Positions 59,206 to 64,000 of a stretch of 64,000 nt of DNA are shown here, piece by piece. Source of the stretch: an uncultured Candidatus Saccharibacteria bacterium (GTDB lineage: Bacteria; Patescibacteriota; Minisyncoccia; Phycocordibacterales; UBA2100). The stretch lies in NCBI GenBank assembly GCA_964399865.1, contig CAYNRJ010000002.1:161108-225107 (forward strand). Reading direction: 5' to 3'. The translations under genes and the position numbers were made by a program. The notes below the pieces were generated by a model. The model did not search any database and was not told the origin of the DNA. It worked only from the letters and a program-made list of their open reading frames with translations. How positions within the stretch are numbered: position 1 is the stretch's first letter; every line of letters begins with the position of its first letter.

Positions 59206-59283
59206 GCATAGCTCCAACATCGCCTCTCTATGGAGGCAGGTCCATGACCCCGGTACGAACGAAGCAAATGGTACAATTCCGAC

Positions 59284-59823
59284 ATGACTGAACTTGATCA
59301 AAAAGGGCAGGAAGAGTTCGTGTTTGATTTCCTCGTGAAGCATCCGCTCGCGACCCTCAGCACCGTTTCTCCAATCGACGAACCTGACTCCGCGGTCGTA
59401 TACACAAGGGTAAAGAGTGATCTCACGTGCTATTTCGGCACGCGCTCGAATACTGAAAAGGTTACGAACATCACTCAAAATCCCAGTGTTGCCTTGATGA
59501 TAGCGGACGAGCAGAGTCTTGAGACAGTACAGCTCCGTGGTACGGCAAGCGTCGTTACCTCGCCGGAAGAAGTCCATGAAGTAATGGAAGCTCTACGCAA
59601 CATTACGGATAAAGAGAAATCAAAATGGATGGGGTACACAGAGAAGTTATCTCGAGGTGCCTTTAAGTTTGACGTATCGCGCTGGATGCCTCCTGTAGGG
59701 CAACTTGAGGGCGGATCGTATGTGTTCATTAAGGTAGTGCCGAAATCCTTGCGCTATCGACGCTATGATTCCGATTGGAAGACGGGGAAGAAGTATACAG
59801 AGTATCTGATACAGAAAGCGTAA
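59284..59823 (+). CDS. Pyridoxamine 5'-phosphate oxidase-like FMN-binding protein
   Basis: LATLSTV...P, T...T.K..NI..NP.V, VQLRG.A. Confidence 0.85.
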   Translation: MTELDQKGQEEFVFDFLVKHPLATLSTVSPIDEPDSAVVYTRVKSDLTCYFGTRSNTEKVTNITQNPSVALMIADEQSLETVQLRGTASVVTSPEEVHEVMEALRNITDKEKSKWMGYTEKLSRGAFKFDVSRWMPPVGQLEGGSYVFIKVVPKSLRYRRYDSDWKTGKKYTEYLIQKA

Positions 59824-59830
59824 AGTAGGC

Positions 59831-60169
59831 ATGCGTATCTGGGATATTCATCCAAAGCATCTGTGCCGCAAGCATCTCCTTGGGGAACATCGAGAGCTCC
59901 ATGGCTTGTGGAACATTCTGACCAAACACAACGGAAAGGGTGGATATTCACATCATCCAGAGACTCGAAGGTGGGTAGGAAAAACTCGCGCGCTCTATGC
60001 GCGGCATGAAGCACTTGTTATAGAAATGACTCGTCGAGGATATGTCCATCGGTCTCCTCTAGATAAGCGACTCGCGAGGGGAAGTGGTGATCAGAAAGTT
60101 CTCATCGATTCAATCCCTGCACAGAAGATCCGTTTGAATCAGAAGCCTTGTGATTGCAGATTCGACTGA
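59831..60169 (+). CDS. Pyrimidine dimer DNA glycosylase/endonuclease V family protein
   Basis: MRIW...L.RKHLLGEHRE.H, HP...RW, EM.RRGY. Confidence 0.85.
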   Translation: MRIWDIHPKHLCRKHLLGEHRELHGLWNILTKHNGKGGYSHHPETRRWVGKTRALYARHEALVIEMTRRGYVHRSPLDKRLARGSGDQKVLIDSIPAQKIRLNQKPCDCRFD

Positions 60170-60233
60170 ACTCGTCTATGTGTACATTTCGGAGAACCCC
60201 TTATGTCTCAGTAAACATGGTATTTTACTGAGG

Positions 60234-60821
60234 ATGGGTCTTGACTCACAACCGCAAAGAAGTTTGGATTTGGAACAGACAGAGCAGGAGCGCATTTTTA
60301 ATGAGCTTACGGACGGTGTTAAAAACGATGAGGGATTCAAGAAATTCCTCGGACCTGAATATCGCGACCTCGACGAGGCGATCGGCCCATTGATATATTC
60401 GCTATGGAAGAAACAGCTGGTGAAGACCAGGGCAAGTTGTTCCGGTCACGTAGGGCCTTCGCATTTAGATGCTGGAAGAGCTGTGACGCCAGGCAATTTC
60501 GTATATCGAAATGGATATATTCTGTTTGAAGATATGGATGAGGAACGCACGGAGAAATTCTTCCAGCTAGTTGAGAGACTCAGAAGCGAATATCCTTTCA
60601 TATCAATCCAAAAAAGTGACAAACAGCCAGAGTGGAAGAGTCATACAGTGAAACTTTTGATGGATGATATCGCTGTTATCACAAAACTTCCTGTACCAGA
60701 AACCTCATGGCCTCGTGAGGTAAAGGAAATTCCGATTCCGCTTGCTGAAGAGCGATTCAAGCTCTTTCGTGAGGCGTGGAAGAAGCTTGCACTTGAAGTG
60801 ATGCGTACGTCCGCTGAATAG
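60234..60821 (+). CDS. Hypothetical protein with T-x-x-SCSGH motif
   Basis: LDE.I..L...L...KTRASCSGH. Confidence 0.6.
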   Translation: MGLDSQPQRSLDLEQTEQERIFNELTDGVKNDEGFKKFLGPEYRDLDEAIGPLIYSLWKKQLVKTRASCSGHVGPSHLDAGRAVTPGNFVYRNGYILFEDMDEERTEKFFQLVERLRSEYPFISIQKSDKQPEWKSHTVKLLMDDIAVITKLPVPETSWPREVKEIPIPLAEERFKLFREAWKKLALEVMRTSAE

Positions 60822-60847
60822 CTAGATCACTAGTGTAGAATACGAAG

Positions 60848-61168
60848 ATGGGGATTTTCAGAAAATACGTGGAATATGCGAACGATAATCCACAGGGGTT
60901 GTGGTTCAAGAAGAGGCCATTCGGGTGGGGATGGGTCCCAGTAAAAAAACAAGGGTGGGCAGTACTCGGATTGTATATTCTTGCAGTTACTTTTTTTGCT
61001 CTAACAATCGACGAGAATTCGTCGACGAGAGAAGTCATATTTACTTTTCTCCTTCCTGTCGCCTTACTCACCGCCACACTTATTAGGATTTGCTACATGA
61101 AGGGCGAGAGACCGACGTGGTCTTGGGGGTTTCCTGATACTGATAATAAAGACGGACTGTCACAATAG
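60848..61168 (+). CDS. Small membrane protein
   Basis: WFK.R.FGWGW.P...QGW, 2 TM, KGE.P.W.WG. Confidence 0.75.
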   Translation: MGIFRKYVEYANDNPQGLWFKKRPFGWGWVPVKKQGWAVLGLYILAVTFFALTIDENSSTREVIFTFLLPVALLTATLIRICYMKGERPTWSWGFPDTDNKDGLSQ

Positions 61169-61181
61169 AAAAGCAGGGACG

Positions 61182-61880
61182 TTAGTCCCTGCTCAGTATC
61201 GGCCACCTGGTTTCGTTCGGGTCGATCGGACCCCACGCGGTCCACTTTGTCACGCCGCAATCGTCGTGTTCACGAACGATGTCCGGAGGCCACAGCGGCT
61301 CCTGGAGGTCGACCCTGACCTCGAAGATCGCTGCATAGCTCCACCACCCCGCGAACACCTTTGATTCGCGACGTTCGAACCGTGGCGCGACCGCGGAAGC
61401 AAAGTCAATTGCCGCAGGCTCCTCCACCATTCCGAGTTCTTCTTGGAGGCCTCCGAGAACCGCCGCGCGAAGCGTCTCGTTCGTTCGAACCGTTTCAGTA
61501 ATAGCGTACGGTTTCGTCGATTCGAGGAGGAGCTTCTTCCTCGGGTAGAATGATCGAATATGCCGCAGTTGCAGGTCCTTCCTTCGGCACGTGATAATTA
61601 CCGCAGCTGTTTTCCGGAACGTGAATGGTCGGGAATAGACATCGTCATACCCCAGCTTCACGTCCCCATCGTTCCATTCTCGAAGAAGATCTTCCGGCGG
61701 CTTCAGGCTGTCGGAAATGAACTTCTCAATATTAACGCCGAGGGACCTCGCGTGAGCAAGAAGGTCTTCGAAGGTCTTGGGCGGTGTTTCTTCCCGCCGC
61801 AGCATGGTCTCGATGCCTTTGATCTCCAAATCACGCGCAAAGTTCTCGAGCAGTTCATCCAAGGTTCTATCGTTGTTCAT
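61182..61880 (-). CDS. Hypothetical protein, possible degenerate NUDIX
   Basis: E...AA..GLQEELG; AAAGGAG SD. Confidence 0.55.
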   Translation of the reverse strand: MNNDRTLDELLENFARDLEIKGIETMLRREETPPKTFEDLLAHARSLGVNIEKFISDSLKPPEDLLREWNDGDVKLGYDDVYSRPFTFRKTAAVIITCRRKDLQLRHIRSFYPRKKLLLESTKPYAITETVRTNETLRAAVLGGLQEELGMVEEPAAIDFASAVAPRFERRESKVFAGWWSYAAIFEVRVDLQEPLWPPDIVREHDDCGVTKWTAWGPIDPNETRWPILSRD

Positions 61881-61954
61881 GGCGGCTCCTTTCCACGTCT
61901 GGAGTCACCCCGTCTCCACAGGTAGCGTACTTATAGAAACCGTTTATGCAAGCG

Positions 61955-63991
61955 TCACAATTCGGGAATTGCGCGGCGGAGATCGCTTAGTCCAGCAGGC
62001 TTCACAATGTAATCGTCAAACCCTGCGGCCGTACTTGCCGGAGAGTTTTTGTCCGCACTGTACCCTGTGAGCGCGATGACCCGCCCTATAAATCCTTGAT
62101 CGCGGAGGGTACGTGAGACTTCGTATCCAGTTATATCAGGTAGACCAATGTCCAGGAGGATGACATCTGGTGAATCACGGAGAGCGCGTTGGATAGTTTG
62201 CCTCCCGTTATATGCGTAGGAAATGATACAGCCCTGGAGTTCGAGAAGTCGACCGATGCCTCCCGCCGCTGCGTCGTTATCATCCGCAACGAGTATTCGG
62301 AGTGCGCGCGAAGCAGGGGAATTTTCGAGTAACTCCGGTGCCCCCACTCCATCCTTCGTGATTTTTTCGGAAGGTGAGGCAAGCGGGAGTCGCACGATAA
62401 AGCGGCTTCCCTTATCTTTCCCCTTACTTTCCGCGGTGACACTTCCCCCGTGACCTTCGACAAAATTCTTTACCAACGCTAATCCGATCCCGAGCCCCTG
62501 TTTGGTGCGCTCCCCTTGTTCAACTTGTTGGAATGGCATGAAAATCGATTCAAGCATTTTCTGCTCAAGACCGATGCCCTCGTCACTAATCTCAACTTCC
62601 GCCTTGTCGTCTACTTTGCGAACCGTCACGCGTATGGTGTCCCCGGCATTCGAATATTTTGATGCATTCGTGAGGAGATTAGAAAATACTTGCTCTATGC
62701 GCACGGCGTCGCCAATGATGCGGGCAGAAGTATCTGCGCCCTTGAATATAAGACGTTGGTGCAGTTCGTGCCGATGATGTTCGGTAGAGACAACAGCATT
62801 TTTGATCGCAGCGATAAGATCAATATTCTCTCGAGCTAAACGCACCTTACTTTCAGAAATTCGCGAGACGTCCAGTAGGTCATCTAGATGCCTTCTTACT
62901 ATATCCATCCGCTCACTCATTGTTGTGAGTGTTTCGATCTCGCTCGTATCCCGGCCGCCTTTAAGCTTAAGGAATTCGATACCGGAGAGGACGGGCGCAA
63001 GAGGGTTGCGTAATTCGTGTGCGAGAATCGCAATGAAATCATTCTTCGCTCTCGACTCAGAACTGACTCTTGCGAGCGCGTTTTTAAGCGTAAATAGTTG
63101 CGATTGGATCAAATTACTATTTACGCGACGATCTTCTTGGAGGGAAACAATGATATAGAAGATTACCGCGAGCGCGATAAGTAAGAGTTCTACCTCATAC
63201 AGGAGATGCGGTGTTACATCTATCGGCGCAGTTGTGAGTATCGTACCCATGATTGCACATATTGAGGTGATGACGATCGCGAGTGTAACGAAGCGGGGTC
63301 GTAAGCGAAGAGCAATCCAGAAAAGCGGCACGAGTAGAAAATAGAGAAGCGAGATCCCAAATACTTCCTCCGTGTCATCGAGGAAATAGACGAGGTTAAT
63401 TGAAATGAGAATGGCGAAAACGGCTAGGATCTCGATTATCTCTGCGGGATGGCGTATGAAATGACGCTTTGAGAACCAGCGGAGAATGAGTGGCGTAACG
63501 GTAAGGATGGAAAATAATGTCGCGACATATGTGTATCCCCACATTGAGAACGAATATGAAATACCACCGAGGATGCTCACTAGTCCAACGAGTGTCGGAT
63601 AGATGAGCGAAATTACAAGAGTGATAGCGACCACGTATCCCATGTCACGCGTACGTCGAAAAATAGGATCAATGCCGACACGACGCAAAAGAGCTGCTCC
63701 AAGTATTGCTTGGAGTGTCGCTCCGATAGGAAGGGCGAATCCATAAGGCTCGGGTACTCCACCGATTATGACGGATAGCGAGGATACTGCTGCTACAACA
63801 GGCCAGAGTCGTAATCCGCCTAAGAAAAGGGCGCCTATCGCTATTCCGTATTCCGGGCGGATATGGGAGTTGAGAGGCAAGAAAGAACTCGACGCGTAGC
63901 TCACCGCTAGATAGGAAATGAAGAGCGCGAAGGCCGTCACCCACTCGTGCTTGTCGTAAAAAGATAAGAACCGAAGGAATCTGGGGTGCAT
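61955..63991 (-). CDS. Hybrid sensor histidine kinase/response regulator with MASE1-like membrane domain
   Basis: AHELRNPL, NLLTNA.KY, DEGIG, GLGIGL, receiver LLDIGLP. Confidence 0.93.
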   Translation of the reverse strand: MHPRFLRFLSFYDKHEWVTAFALFISYLAVSYASSSFLPLNSHIRPEYGIAIGALFLGGLRLWPVVAAVSSLSVIIGGVPEPYGFALPIGATLQAILGAALLRRVGIDPIFRRTRDMGYVVAITLVISLIYPTLVGLVSILGGISYSFSMWGYTYVATLFSILTVTPLILRWFSKRHFIRHPAEIIEILAVFAILISINLVYFLDDTEEVFGISLLYFLLVPLFWIALRLRPRFVTLAIVITSICAIMGTILTTAPIDVTPHLLYEVELLLIALAVIFYIIVSLQEDRRVNSNLIQSQLFTLKNALARVSSESRAKNDFIAILAHELRNPLAPVLSGIEFLKLKGGRDTSEIETLTTMSERMDIVRRHLDDLLDVSRISESKVRLARENIDLIAAIKNAVVSTEHHRHELHQRLIFKGADTSARIIGDAVRIEQVFSNLLTNASKYSNAGDTIRVTVRKVDDKAEVEISDEGIGLEQKMLESIFMPFQQVEQGERTKQGLGIGLALVKNFVEGHGGSVTAESKGKDKGSRFIVRLPLASPSEKITKDGVGAPELLENSPASRALRILVADDNDAAAGGIGRLLELQGCIISYAYNGRQTIQRALRDSPDVILLDIGLPDITGYEVSRTLRDQGFIGRVIALTGYSADKNSPASTAAGFDDYIVKPAGLSDLRRAIPEL

Positions 63992-64000
63992 AGAACGTAA

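Larger units (their letters stand above)
57670..59251 (+). repeat. Intergenic direct repeat AGTTCCAAYATCGTCCATGACCCCCAG (copies at 57670, 57975, 58373, 59210)
   Basis: Copies 1 and 2 are 26/27 identical; copy 3 diverged; copy 4 split by 18-nt insertion. Confidence 0.9.

Noticed and set aside
57670-59251. CRISPR array or classical integron attC array
   Set aside because: Spacers are hundreds of bp, uneven and contain whole genes; no cas genes or IntI; repeats lack the attC inverted-core hairpin

Overview
Bacterial chromosome segment using the standard genetic code (TGA and TAG both end genes). Gene content and style (hinge-less SMC, NusB-NUDIX fusion, short RpoB, no rimM in the rpsP-trmD cluster, many apparently leaderless genes) suggest a Patescibacteria/CPR (Parcubacteria-like) genome; this is inference. 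Positions 1-33.6 kb are mostly housekeeping: dnaE start, rnhB, rpmF, nusB, rnc, smc, rpsP-khpA-trmD, rpoBC, dnaG, rpoD, valS, tsaD, tRNA-Val, tsaC, guaB, tgt and tRNA-Gln. Directly after tRNA-Gln(CTG) lies a ~22 kb integrative element. It carries a large serine recombinase; a Dsb/nirK/copper-homeostasis cargo with two CsoR-type operators; a capsid-less terminase plus two DNA methyltransferases; LexA; and a TIR plus 4-TM gene pair. Beyond it (55.4-61 kb) is an accessory tract with a tRNA-mirroring structured element, a tandem-HEPN + DUF4238 pair, and a run of unrelated same-strand genes separated by a ~27-bp direct repeat whose right half resembles the tRNA-Gln 3' end. The best candidates for undescribed biology are this att-like gene-cassette array, the TIR + 4TM putative defence pair, the terminase-bearing capsid-less element, and a NirK with Leu in place of the axial type-1 Cu Met. 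All family calls come from motif recognition by eye; no database searches were run.
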